A stretch of DNA of 64,000 nt from Hydrolagus colliei. Its lineage: Eukaryota. The notes beneath the pieces were generated by a model. It was given only the letters and a program-made list of their open reading frames with translations. It searched no databases and was not told the origin of the DNA. The position numbers were made by a program, and so were the translations under genes. This document shows positions 25,541-38,170 of the stretch, in pieces; position 1 is the stretch's first letter, and every line of letters starts with the position of its first letter. Location: NCBI GenBank assembly GCA_035084275.1, contig CM068747.1, positions 23,932,001-23,996,000 of the forward strand, in the 5' to 3' direction.

Positions 25541-26294
25541 TTTATAACGCTGCACATTGGGACAGTCGCAGCTGTGAGTGCAATAAGCTGCCTGCCACCT
25601 GTGGCAGAGGTAAGTGGAAGTTATTCCTTTCTGAAAACTTTCCGGTCAAACTTTCTAACATCATAGTTTAGATTCACTGGGACCACAGCCAGCCAGGCAC
25701 GACTCGTTCTCCAGCCAGAACCCAAACCATCAGTTTGTGGGTCAATCTACCGTTAATATCCTCAAAACACACCGACCTCAGCTGAACTGAACCAATGGGA
25801 AATACTCCAGCAATGTTTAAAATCTGTCTGTCTTGCAGAGCTGTTGGAGATCACAGTGTTTAAGGGGGAAATTCAGACACCCACGAGGTGAAAGGACTTT
25901 GTGGAACAAATTGGTTTAAAGCCTAGACTTATCATTCGGGTACAACGTTAGCAGAAATAGACTGGATTTGGAGAGAGTGTTAACAGTTTTGTTACAGTTT
26001 GGGATATATAACAGGGCTGATCTGATACACACTAAAAGGCCTTGACTCCAGCAAACCAAATGGGAAAGAAATGTTTGCGACAAACCTGTGCTTTTTTTTT
26101 GGGGGGGGGAGGGGGTTTCATTTGATTAATTGAATGTTTGGGATTAATTGGGATTGCAGTAGAATAATTAATGCACAGACTCGCAGTTGTTGTTCACTGG
26201 GCGGCAGAGCGAAAGAGAGATTCAATATAGAGAGAGTCACATTTTTATAAGTGGCGTGAAAAATATTGGAAATGATTCCTTGGCTAGGATTGCT

Positions 26295-26414
26295 CCCCCC
26301 CCCCCCCCCCCCCCCCCCACACACACACACTCACTCACTCACAAAGCCAGAGTAGGTAGATAGATTTGTGATAACGTATGTGTGTGTGTGTGTGTGTGTG
26401 TGAGTGGGGGGGGG
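26295..26414. repeat. C24 + (AC)6 + (TCAC)3 facing (TG)12 + G run
   Basis: Simple repeats read directly from the sequence. Confidence 0.95.
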
Positions 26415-27547
26415 CTGGGGATTTGGAATCCCAGCCTTCCTATTCGAGACCACTGCAGCAAAATTAAAAACAATTAATAGACAAGAGAATGAACATTTAA
26501 ATAATTGCACAGCTTCAGAGGTCGACTTGCCAACTTCCTCTTCACAAATTCCAGTCTTGCTCACTCACAGCCCACTGAAAATCAGTGCGATTCTAAAGCC
26601 TGACTCATACCATGGACGTGTTATTTTTTTCCAATAAGACCCAGTCCCCCTTTTCTTCCGGGAAAGTGACTGAAAGTACAATTGCTCTACCGTACGACTG
26701 AAGGTGAGGTGTGGGATGGAAACCCTTGACTCCTGTTGCCACACCAACCTTTTACGCAGAGCCGTTGGAAAGCTGTGAGGAAAAATGCCTGTGAGACTCT
26801 GTGTCCTTGAATAATTCACACCCTGCCTAAGTCCAAATGTGTATTAAAACCACAACCCGGTGATCACACTGTCAATACACGCTGTACCACACTGCCCTGC
26901 CCCGCAAATCTCATCAGACAAATTGGATCATATGAAGCCATTTAAAACTATACATTAAGTGAATGAAACACGTGTATAAATCTCAGACTCAATCCCCAGA
27001 GCCAGTGGCTGGTGTAGTTTCCCACCCACCTCTTTGGGCTGAATCGTACAGTCCTGTGCTTTGCAGAAGTCTGTTTTGCTGAATTGAGAGAGAATTGTGA
27101 ACTCTTGCATTTGCACAGTGTGGGTATACGAGTGGGATAGGGGGTGGGGGGGGTAAATAGTAAAAAAAATATGTTTTAAGAAAGAATCATCATTCTCTAA
27201 CTGTGATGTGGGATTGTTTGGATGCTACAGCGTTAGAGACAACACTAAGTGGAGTTATTTATGTGTTGAGTGTTGCTAAGGTTTTTTTTGACATAATGAA
27301 TGCAGGTCGCATGGGACAACCTCTGAGAGCGATTGGCTATAAAAGTTACAGGATGGAGGACGCTTTTACAAACCTCACCACTGCTTTTATTTCCACTCTA
27401 ACATTATGGCCGGATTTGCTGGGCTCTCGTGGCTTTTAAGTGCCAGGCGGCATTTTTTTTTATTTTACCTGAACATTGAAAGGATCTCAACGTCTAGAAA
27501 CTGATGATATTAGTGTTGGTGGAATAAATGCACATGGTTCTCTGTAG

Positions 27548-27674
27548 TAATAATAACAATAATAATCCTTGCATTTTACATTAGCACCTTATCGCGTCTT
27601 CGAGACATCTCAATGCACTTCACAGAATGTACTGTAAACTGAATTGACTTATATTTTGTGGGCAAAACATGACC
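27548..27674 (-). mobile_element. 5'-truncated Deu-type SINE
   Basis: Tail and part of the body. Confidence 0.85.
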
Positions 27675-27873
27675 AAATCATTATTATTTATTGGATGCAT
27701 GGACTTGCTCTTTGGATACTAGCAATATCATTAACTGTACAGTATTTAGATATATTAAAGTCTAATAGTGTGAATGCTCTGCTGACGAGATAAGACTGGA
27801 CCAATGGGCTGGGGACATTGGTATATATGGGGTTCAATCCTATTCTCAAAAACCAAATTGCTATTTAGTAGAG

Positions 27874-28165
27874 ATAATAATCATTGCATTTGATGTAGCG
27901 CTTTTCAATTCTTCGGGATGTCTCAAACTGCTTCACAGAATATACCGTAAAATGAATTGACTGTATTTGTGGGCAAAACCTGACAGCCAATTGCATACAG
28001 CAGTGTCCCAAAGCAGTCGTGGATTGAAATGACCAATTTTGTTTTGAGGGATTATTATTGGGTGTATAGAGTAAGGAAATGTACCCAAAGTTTCACCCTG
28101 CTTGGAATTGAACCCAGGTCTCTTGCTTGTAAGGTGGATGCTCTAAACACTGAGCTACAGGATCC
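27874..28165 (-). mobile_element. Full-length tRNA-derived Deu-type SINE
   Basis: A-box TAGCTCAGTG, B-box GGTTCAATTCC, Deu-like body, L2-type tail. Confidence 0.92.
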
Positions 28166-29027
28166 AGGCTTTGAGAGACGTGATAATTGTGATATAATGT
28201 GTTGTTTAAATTATGTACCGTTGGTTAGCTTAATTACTTTAACCTGGTCATGAGAACATTCTAAAATAAAACAAACAGTGTGTTGTACACCATACTGTAT
28301 TCACAAAGGCTTGATTATTAAACATTGTCTAACACAGACATCATCAATGCTATATGATAGTTTGCTGTTAAATAACGTGATTAATACAAACAACTGGAAT
28401 CCTACCCTCTGTATACTAACACCATTCAAACACATTGGACACTAGTAATCGCTGGTGTCCTATACTCCATTTACAACAAACACAAACAACTTCTCTAACA
28501 TTTACAATAATGGGGCACGAAAGATACCGATCACAGGATACCATAAGAATTAAAAATACCAGTTAGTGGTCTAAGATTAACCATGTTAACGTTAAACATT
28601 ATCAAATTCATTTTTGTTCAATAGATCCTAGTTGTTCATTTTAAAAAAATGATATATCTATTTGCATACTGTACTTGTTTGAACCACTTCAAATGAAGAA
28701 TTGCACAGAAGAACAAGTGGAAGGCAAAGAGTGAGGACATTAAGCAGTCAAAAATATCTGTCTATGGTTTGGACAAGACATAGGACTCAGGGCAGTGGAG
28801 CATAGCAACCAACGCGTGATGCAAGTGAATTATAAAATGGTATGAGAAACCAAATGAAAAATGGTATTGCGATTTCACGCAGTGTTCTTGCTAAAGCCAA
28901 AAGTCTCGCTCAGGCATTCTCTCCTTTTTTACTACTTTTTTTTTTACCTTAACCTCCAATTTTCTATCATTTTCTGAGTATGGGGCTATTGATTTCATTA
29001 GATCTCTAGAATCTTACCCAATGAGTA

Positions 29028-29274
29028 ACAACAACAACAACAACTTGCAATTATATAGTGTCCTCCATGCAGGGTAGAGTCTCAAAGCAATTAACAGTGG
29101 CAGAACCTGACTGAGTCAGAGGGGGATGGGGGAGGTGGCCATAAGCAAGGTTGAAGAGAAAAGTTTTCAGGTGGGACGTGAGAGAGGGGAGAGGGGGTGC
29201 AAGTCGGAGGGATTTGAGGGAGAGTGTTCCAGCGGTTTGGGGCTCAGTGGTTGAGAGCGTGACCTCCGATGGTC
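29028..29274 (-). mobile_element. L2 LINE 3' fragment
   Basis: (aac)n tail; ggttgaagagaaaagttttcag...ggagggatttgagggagagtgttcca. Confidence 0.85.
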
Positions 29275-29392
29275 ACCCAAATAATTTTCCTACAAGAGAA
29301 CATTATCTCTACTCTACAGTGCACCCTGTGAAGCACGAGGGGGTCCTTCTGATGTGAATGGCGCTATATCAAATGCTAGGATCATTATTCTA

Positions 29393-29555
29393 AATGTGAA
29401 CCTTCAGTGAATATCAGCAGGCTATTCAATAAGTATAGGCATCACAGTGAAATCTGATCCCGTGCTCTCTTTCCTGCAGAGGATAATGGATAGAAATTCA
29501 GACTGACTTTTTCTCCCTGAGCTCGGGAACCTGAAACCAATTGTAACTCTCCTTT
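29393..29555 (-). mobile_element. AmnSINE2-like relic, preceded by a plus-strand SINE tail at ~29325-29390
   Basis: cagtgaatatcagcaggctattc...ggcatcacag...tggatag...ctgactttttctccc...ccaattgta. Confidence 0.55.
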
Positions 29556-29594
29556 CATCATATTCCAACTACAGTAACATGGAAAAAGAGGTGT

Positions 29595-30010
29595 GTGTTT
29601 TTTTCAACCAACCCATTCCTTCCATGATCTTCTATAATCTGCTGCATTGTAAACTTTATCCAACACGTTAATCTCCCCAGGTTCTGCAGTTACTCCCTGT
29701 TCCCTAAAAGTTAAACGCAGCAAAACTAATTCTGTTGCCTCCTCAAAGAATTCCAGTCGATATGTGAAGCATGACCTACGACTTCTATTTTTTATGGTCT
29801 CTATGCTCTTTAAGCAAATACCTGGTGTATTTCTATAAAATTCTCTCAAACATTTTTCTTGTGGCTGATGTTAACTTTCAGTTATCGAGCTTCACTCCAT
29901 TTGAATCTCAGGGTAATACTTGGTGTCCGCTATCTCTCAGATACATTTCCTGTGTTTATAGAATTCTCAAAATATCAGACAGAACCTTTCCTATTTCCTC
30001 TCTCATTTCC
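29595..30010 (-). mobile_element. CR1 LINE internal reverse-transcriptase fragment (decayed)
   Basis: Minus-strand RRSCFTYRLEFFEEAT matches the CR1 RT motif GRSCLTNLxEFFEEVT. Confidence 0.75.
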
Positions 30011-30432
30011 TTGAGAAGCTCAGTCCAGAAAGAGGAACCAATAAAATAATCTCCGATGTTTTCTGTCTACATTATAATATAAAATATTTTTAAAACATCA
30101 GTGAGTCTGTAACACATTTGCCAGTTTCTGTCACATAATCTCCTGCTTCATTTCCATGTTATGTGACGAGTCATTTTTATGTTCCAGTTATTCATGTAGA
30201 ATTTTTCTGTACACTTTTAAGGATGTGTACGTATTTGTGGTACATATGGAAGAGTAGACCCACTACTAGCCTATAGCGAAAAAAGCTAAAACACATACCC
30301 TGTTAGATAAACAAATGTATTGATCAACATTGGAAGATTTTGCTTCCAAACAGACAAGCTCATTTAATACACTTTCTCCCTTTGAAATGCAATGTTCTGT
30401 ATACTATAATTACAACATATAGTTTGGCAGCA

Positions 30433-31029
30433 AACAACAAAAACAACAACAAATTACACTTATAAAGCGCCTTTCACGTTGGGAGGACGTCCCAAGGCGC
30501 TGCACAGGAGGCGTGTGACCCGAGCTGAGAGGGGAGTGTTTGGGAAGGGGTGAGACAAATAGGGGAGGTTGAAAAATTTTGGGTGGAACAAAAGGCACGG
30601 TCGAAGAGGAAAGTCTTCAAACCGGCCTTGAAAGAGGAAAGGGAAGAAACGAAACGGAGGGATTGGGGGATGGAATTCCATAGGGTGGGAGCGGAGAAAC
30701 TGAAGGCCCGGCCTCCGATGGTGGGGCGGTTGGGGCGGGGGGCTTGGAGCAGGCCAAGTCCTGCTGAACGGAGGGTCCGGGTGGGCATGTAGGGGGAGAG
30801 TAGATCGGTTAAATAGGGCGGGGCAAGGCCGTATAAGGCCTTGTAGGTGAGGATGAGGATCTTGAACTCGATCCTCTGGAGGATGGGGAGCCAGTGGAGA
30901 CGGGCGAGGGTGGGGGTTATGTGGTCGCGGAGGCGGGTGCGGGATAGTACACGGGCTGCAGAGGTTTGGATGGCCTGCAGCCTGTGAATGGAGGAACTGG
31001 GGAGGCCGACGAGGGGAGAGTTTCCGTAG
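30433..31029 (-). mobile_element. Young, CpG-rich L2 LINE 3' fragment
   Basis: PTRTLRSAGLGLLQAPRPNRPTIGGRAFSFSAPTLWNSIPQSLRFVSSLSSFKAGLKTFLF is the L2 ORF2 C-terminus; intact tail. Confidence 0.95.
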
Positions 31030-31238
31030 CAAAGTGTCCTGCAATATGTTATGATTCAACCTTTCTTACGGGGTTTTGTTTAAGATTATGCAAATGTCAA
31101 ACGGTATCTCGAGCATAATGACAGGGCAAATAGTTGGGGGACAGATGTAGTCATTCATTAAAATCGATTTAAAAATTCAGCTTCTTTTTAAAAAAAAGAA
31201 ATGATGTTTCTGAAAGGCAGTTGAAACATCCGTGTTTT

Positions 31239-31362
31239 TCACCCCTTCCCAAACACTCCCCTCCCAGCTCGGGTCACACGCCTCTTGTTTAGCGCCTTGG
31301 GACGTCCTCCCGACGTGAAAGGCGCTATATAAATGTAAATTGTTGTTGTTGTTGTTGTTGTT
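31239..31362 (+). mobile_element. Young L2 3' end, inverted relative to the 30433 copy
   Basis: tcaccccttcccaaacactcccc...agcgccttgggacgtcctcccgacgtgaaaggcgctatataaatgt(ttg)n. Confidence 0.92.
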
Positions 31363-31439
31363 AAACTTTGTAGCGAAAGATAGTAAAAAAAACACTTGAG
31401 AGACATTTTTCAATAAAGCCTTCTGGCGAAATAATGCAA

Positions 31440-31515
31440 CAAACAATAACTTGCATTTACATAGTGCCCTTCATGCTGGACATTGTCTAAGAGCGCTTAA
31501 CAGTGGTGGAGCCCA
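31440..31515 (-). mobile_element. L2 tail fragment
   Basis: aataacttgcatttacatagtgcccttcatgc...agcgcttaacagtggtggagcc. Confidence 0.7.
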
Positions 31516-32422
31516 GTGTGGCACAAGTGATAGAGAACACCACTAGCCTGAAGTCTATATGAAACAACTACTATGTATTTCAGCTCTGCGGTAATAGAAA
31601 CCAATTGAAAGGACTGGCACATGACAAAAAATTCCTGAAGCCTATCAGCTTTTCATCTACTCCATGTTTGATAGCATTAGAACACTTTCTTACCAAAGAA
31701 AGTCACAAGTTGTTCCTTTGGGGAGCGGTGAGGAAGCAAAAGCCCTTTTCTCTGTGAACCATGTTATCTCACAGACGGTACTGGAGCATGATGAATACTG
31801 GGTGAAACTGGCTATTCAGCACCGAAGCAGTACAGTCTGTCCCTTGATACACAAGAGATGGAAACGCTTTGTTCTGAAACACCATTAGTCCAGCCAGGAG
31901 AGGCTCTTCCTCTGCATGAGTAATTGCCAAGTCAGTACTGTAGTAAGAAGTATTTATTGCTTGTAAGTAAATAAAGCCTTCTTTCGCCACAGTAGAATTG
32001 CTGTGGTTTTAGCTTTTCCTAATGGATTTTATTGGAAATAAATTAATGATCACTTCATTGATATTTCATGTTATAACCAGTTATCAATTATAATAGAATT
32101 TGTCTCCACAAAACATCGCAACTTTTATTCGTACAAACATTGATCTGATCAAATCAAAGTGATTTCTTTTGTCTTAAAACATGTTGGGCACTTTGCCACA
32201 TAAACATGTTTATTTAATTTACAGATACTGTACCTGTTCAATATTGCAAGAGTTTAATTCGAAATGTATTTGGTGCCAGTTCAGGCTATCGCTACTGGAA
32301 CTATATTCCAAATGTGGGCTCAACTAGAATAATTTACATTCTTTGGTTTTTTGTCACTTTAAATTAATTTAGCTGTAAATACCCTTAGAAAATTTGATAC
32401 TCATGTATGAGAAAATGGCATT

Positions 32423-32566
32423 TGTTCTGTAATTGGCTGCTGTGTTTTGCCTACAAAATATACAGTCAATTCACTTTACGGTATATTCTGTGAAGCGCCT
32501 TGAGACATCTCACCAATGTGACAAGGCGTTGTATCAAATGCAAGGATTATTCTGATTATTATTATT
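32423..32566 (+). mobile_element. 5'-truncated Deu-type SINE
   Basis: aattggctgctgtgttttgcc...tgaagcgccttgagac...atcaaatgcaaggattatt. Confidence 0.88.
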
Positions 32567-34056
32567 GACTATTCTCAAAAGAGAAGATTCCAGAGACAAT
32601 TATTTATTGAACACAGTAATTTGTCTCCAGTAACCACAATATGAGTTTCCAACAAGCTGATAGCTTCCTATGTTCATACTGTAAATCTCAGTATCAATGA
32701 CTAAAAGTGTGATCTGTGTCTAAACCCAAAAGATATTTATTCCAGTTACCAATTGGTAGAAATGGTGATCTTTTACTCTAACGGAATAGAGGGGAGCGCA
32801 TTTCTCTTTATTTCTCTCTGCTGACCTGCATACAGTATTATGTTGGTTAAGTATAGAGAAGTAGTGACATTGATTTTTTGAAGGATTCCGCATTGTGCGC
32901 ACTTCCTCTTCATTTGCTGGAAGAAAAGCTCTTGAAGCATAAAAATGCTTACTTCATTGAAAAAATAGTGCACAATAGAAGCGTTTCACAGGCCTTGCCC
33001 CTGAATGATCAGTAGTAGTTTAGTAAAAAAAGAAAGCTTTCAGAGAATAATTCTATTTGATTCCAATTAAATTTCCTCTTATTTTTTCTTTCGAATTTAG
33101 GACACTCACCAAATGCACCAGAAAAAATGCCATTTGTTCTGCAATATGATAACAACTTTCCTTTTAGGTCAGTCAATCTCAGGGTTAAAGATTGCATATT
33201 TTCTTCAAATGGGGTATTTCTCTCGATGTGACTCTAAAACAGGAATCTGGTGTAAAACAAAATTGTTTTCTTTTCCTTCGATTCTGTTAAAGTATTAACA
33301 CTGGAATAACCAATTTTTAGATTTCTTGCAACATGTGAGTGTAAAGAATATGAAACTAAGAGCTATTTAATCTGGCCACAAATTAAACAGATAAACCGTT
33401 CTGGTTCTTAGAAACCGCTCTGCAGTCCCTAACCTCATCCTAAATGATGTTATCAAAGAGATAATGTTGTTCTTCCTGCCCCATTAGTGACTGAGGTCAC
33501 ACGAAGGGAATCAGTTTCCCTTAATCATCAAAAATATAACGGAGCTCAATAATTTTCTGATTACTGTATAATAACTGGAGGGAATGATGCATATTGACTA
33601 ATGGGAGTGATGACTTTTTCTAGAATTGTCATTCAGTGCTGCTTTGTGTTCCCATCTTTTTTTATTGCATCATTGCACTTTTTCTTTATCTGTTCTAACT
33701 GAAATTAACTGTTTTTCTGCCTTAATCCATCTCTAGGTGAATCAAAACTATTCAGCGCACTGAGAAGGTAATCTCTGGTAAATGTCTTCAGTAACATCAT
33801 GGACTCCATTTCACTTAGAAGATAGAAAATGGTTGGGAAGATATGAATCAGCCGAATGTGAGTCCAGTCATTAAGACTACTTGATTGGTAGGCCAGTAGA
33901 AAGTTAATAAAGATAATTATCTGAGAGATAATTTGTACTGAAATGCCCCCACTCCTCCCTCCCTCTCTCCCCAGTTACAAAGAGTAAATGTAAACCAAAA
34001 CAATGATACATTATGATTTCGAACAGTGTGAAACAATGGAAAAGGAAAAATAATGA

Positions 34057-34428
34057 AATCATAGAATCATAGAATCTTATGGCACAAAAGGAGGCCATTC
34101 GGCCCATCGAGTCTGTGCCGGCACTTTAAAAAGAGCAATTCAATCCCACTCCACAGCTCTCCCCATAACCGCGTAAACTAGTCCTCCCCAAATAAATGTC
34201 TACCTCTCTTTTAAACGTTGTTATCGAATTGGCCTCTAGCACCTTTTCAGGCAATGTATTCCACATTCGAACAACTCGCTGAGTGAAAGGATTTCTCCTC
34301 ACCTCCCCTCTGCTTCTTTTTGAAACTACAGTATTTTAAATCTGTGACCACGAGTCACTGATACACCCGCCTGTGGAAACAGTTTTTCTCTATCTACTCT
34401 GTCGAATCTCTATCTATCTACTCTGTCG
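34057..34428 (-). mobile_element. CR1 LINE 3' end with a short duplication at its 5' break
   Basis: (tcatagaa)n, ggaggccattcggcccatcgagtctgtgccggc; tctatctactctgtcgaa repeated at ~34389 and ~34412. Confidence 0.9.
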
Positions 34429-37400
34429 AAAATAGTCTATTTTGGTTGTCAAATCTCAAATTTTCAACAATGCAATAAGGAAAGTGGCACAATATCAGAC
34501 CCCAATCATTAAAGTGAAACCACATGGATGTAACGCCATATCTCGAGCATTCTTCCATTGAACAAAGTTGGTACAAAATTGCCACAAGGCAGTTATTGTC
34601 AAGATAAATTTCTTTTGTTTTTTAAACAAAAACACATATTCATTTCATAGCAAGCCATATAAAAACAATACTGCCCTGTATGGGGTGATTAATGCCTTTC
34701 TTGCACCATTGTAGCCTTTCACTTGTACACTGTTTTACTGTCTGGCCTTGGCTGTAGCCTTTTTTTGAGGTCACTAGCCCAGTTAACCCAAATGATTTGT
34801 TTACCTAAATTAGATTTTTTAAAAAATATATATTCATACATATATGAGCTCTTTCAGTTCAGTGGCTTTCAGAGGTTAAAAGCTTAATGCAAATTTGATC
34901 ATGCTTAAATTAAATTTTCACACGGTAAAAAAAATTACACCTAATCTCGTAAGGAACAGCTATGATTTGTAAGTAGAGCAGAATATAGAAGTGATGATTT
35001 ATGTTGCAGATTTTATGACTCTAGGAATGCACAGTGGTTATTAATATGAAGGAGTCACCAAGGGGTGTAGACTTGCCTTTTACAACTGCATTAATGTTTA
35101 GCTACAGCAGCACCCCCTTGATTTCCAAGTTCAAGGAAAATGCACCAAGAACGCCAAGACCATTAAAAAGCAATACAGCTGTGAGGCTGTGATAATAGCT
35201 CATTTCCTGGCCATTAATCTAGACATCATTTAATCACTCACAGAAATCCATTTTTCTTTAGTGCTATTTTGAGCCTGATGCCCCATTGTAACCAGTGCAG
35301 GGGACCTCTGACTCAGTGGTGTGAGCATCTCTTTAAATTACAGCAGTCCTGACATCCCACAGTCAGAATCAGTTTCTTTTAATAATCTGTCATGCTGTTC
35401 CAGCACACAGGCATCAGATGAATCCGAGCTCCAAACAGAGAATCTTTGATATAAAGACAGCTGTTAAAGGAAGGCGATGTGAGGAAACAGAGGTTCGCGG
35501 AGCTGGGCAAACCGTTGAGTTCCTGTTTGCTGCAGCTCCTCATAAACTGGCACCATTCAGTTCAATCCCTGGTTTCCGGTCTTTCTTTTGTTTCCTAATT
35601 GAGTACAATGAACATCAACACATTCACACAATAAACTGAATGGCAACTCTTGAATATATGGATTTGGCGGAAACTATGTGAACATTGCAGTTCTGTGCTA
35701 GCAGGCTGTTCAGAAATATTTGTCCTTGTGAATTAATTCTTACTTCTATTAATTCAGGGCCGGTTCAAATAAAATTATGCTCTCATTTAGAAATTCAATT
35801 CAAACATGGGGTGATGTTATAAAATATCATTCTGAATAAAGAGCAGTGAAAAAATTAGAAAAAACTAGGCATAGAAAGTGACTAAATGCAAAAAGGTCTG
35901 CAGGACAGATTTATTCCCCAAATCAGGAAGGCCAATAATTCATGAGTGACACAGTCATGGGTCACTATACCATTCCTCCTCACTGTTCCACATCATGTTG
36001 TCTGTATATTAAGTATGTTGCATCAGTTTGTTTTGTAAAAAAAAATTATTAACCTTATAAATTGGGGTTCTTGGCAATGGTTAAAGAGTTATCCCTGCCC
36101 AGCCCACCACCCACTTTCCTGTTTTCCCCAGCATTTCAAAATGAAAATAAGGCCCATGAATAAAGATGGGAGCATCCTCCCTGGTGTAAAGATATTTGGG
36201 GCGTTTAATTAACAGATGAAGGAAGAACATTTTTTCATCTGAGTATCTGACACATGTAGAAATTCATGGCCATGCTAAGAATCTTCAAACCAAACTCATG
36301 AGAGTTCCACATATGTATAGTTTAGGCTTGTTTGATATCAAATGCACACTCTCTCCCTAGAGAGACACAACTTGCTTTCTTAATCCTGTAGAATGTATGC
36401 TATAAATTTTGCTTGTGGGATAATATCTGTATGTGTGTAAGGCAGACTATAATTTATTTTCTCTCCAATTTATCTTTCCATCTCCCTGCTCCTATGCTCA
36501 CTCATGGTTGAAAGTACAAACTTGTTGCCAGGCTCCTCCCAATGCTGCTCCAGAAACTAGTCTCCAAAAGGTGAATGAAGAAATGTCCAGTTTGAACAGT
36601 TTGAGATTTATCCCCCAGCAAAGTGCCAGGTCTCCACTTAGCTCTTTCTCGAAGCAGAATAGCCAAGATTGCGAACATTATGTTATAACACTGTGTTATA
36701 GGGTCACAGAACAAACCGACATTCCATTACTCATTGATGTATTGCATCACTGTACCACCCTGGGATAACACATTCTCATTAAAACACCTGTTGTATAAAT
36801 AAAACATTAATTCATATAACAGGGTACTCATGAGCCTTGTACACATTTTAACTATGGTGAAATTCTTTGGTATGTGGTTATAACATTTTACTGATATATT
36901 TACTAGAAGTTAATATCTGCAACAGCTTCTGTCGGTGATATATTCACCGTGATAGCTAGTTGCAATTAACAAGGGTAAAGCTATGAATTCTAGTGATGTA
37001 TTCTAAAATATTTTCCAAAACTAGATGCATATATCGTAACAGTGAAAAATAATTCCTCCAGCAACAAGAGGAAACTTTTAAAAATGATACTATTGAATGT
37101 CTTCAACATTTTAAGACCTGGGGGACGCTTTGACATCTTTATTGATAGATTCTGAAGTTTCACAACAGCCCAGAAATTAATTTTAAAAATAAAACAAAGG
37201 CAACTTTGTCCTAAGATTGGAACAGGTTTAAAATCAGCTCATGCAGCTTGGAGTTTAAAAAGCATGGTAGATCATAGCTCTTGTTGCCTCAGTTTAAAAA
37301 ATACTGTATTATGTATCAACCATAAACAGCAGCAAGGTGCAGTTCAGATTTAATAGTAAAATGGAAGTAATTAGCAGTGTTGCCAGCTAAAACACACAGT

Positions 37401-38019
37401 ATGACCTCCTATCACTCTGGCCAGGATGCAGGGATTAAAATGTACATTGAACGGATGCAGATGCTTTTAAAAGGCAAGAAAGCTTTTTATGATACGCAAT
37501 TAAAAGTGCATAAATTATTCTTATCAGTAATTGTTTCCTATGTGAGTGTACCATATGGATTCTGCTGATAATTTGGGTTTTCAGTATCCAGTGCTTTCAC
37601 TGGTGGCAGAAAAGCTTTTTGCTGCCCTTCCTTTACCTGTGTCACTTGTAATATTGTCTCTAGCCGAGTAATTCATCCGTGCTGACATGTCGTGCACTTT
37701 CCTAACATTACTACAGAAAAGTAGCAAATCTGGACTGTATTCTGAACAGAAATTGGTTACTTATCCTCGAAATTTCCATGAGCTATTTAACACTGTACAG
37801 AATTCCCCCAAAAAATCTCAATGTTGTCCATAGATAGTAAATGCTCTTATCTTCCAATAAGGTTTTACAATTTTTAATAGCTAATTTTGATGATCTGAGT
37901 TGTGCCAATTTCAACAAATGTTACATTTTTGCTGAAGACATTCCTGAATAAGGAATTATTTTCTTAATCCTGATTCTCACACAGGCTGTCTTTTATTCCA
38001 ATTCCTGGCCAACAACCTC

Positions 38020-38170
38020 CTGATGAATTGGTCATTCACTAACACTGCCTTTTTTGTGGGATCTTGCTATGGGTAATTTGGCTGCTTTATTTACCAACAA
38101 ACACAGTCACCATACTTTAACAGCAATTACCTGAGAAGTTCAGCGTTATATTGGGCTGTATTAAATGTAA
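38020..38170 (+). mobile_element. Old DeuSINE relic
   Basis: ggtcatt...tttgtgggatcttgct...aatttggctgct, the Deu core. Confidence 0.6.

Noticed and set aside
30460-31059. 199-aa Pro/His-rich ORF, the longest in the track
   Set aside because: Off-frame reading of a GC-rich L2 fragment.
33101-33167. Plus-strand exon-like segment (tttag|...AG|gtcagt)
   Set aside because: No homology. Like similar candidates at ~1020-1158, 8286, 11449 and 16618, it cannot be joined into a recognisable protein.
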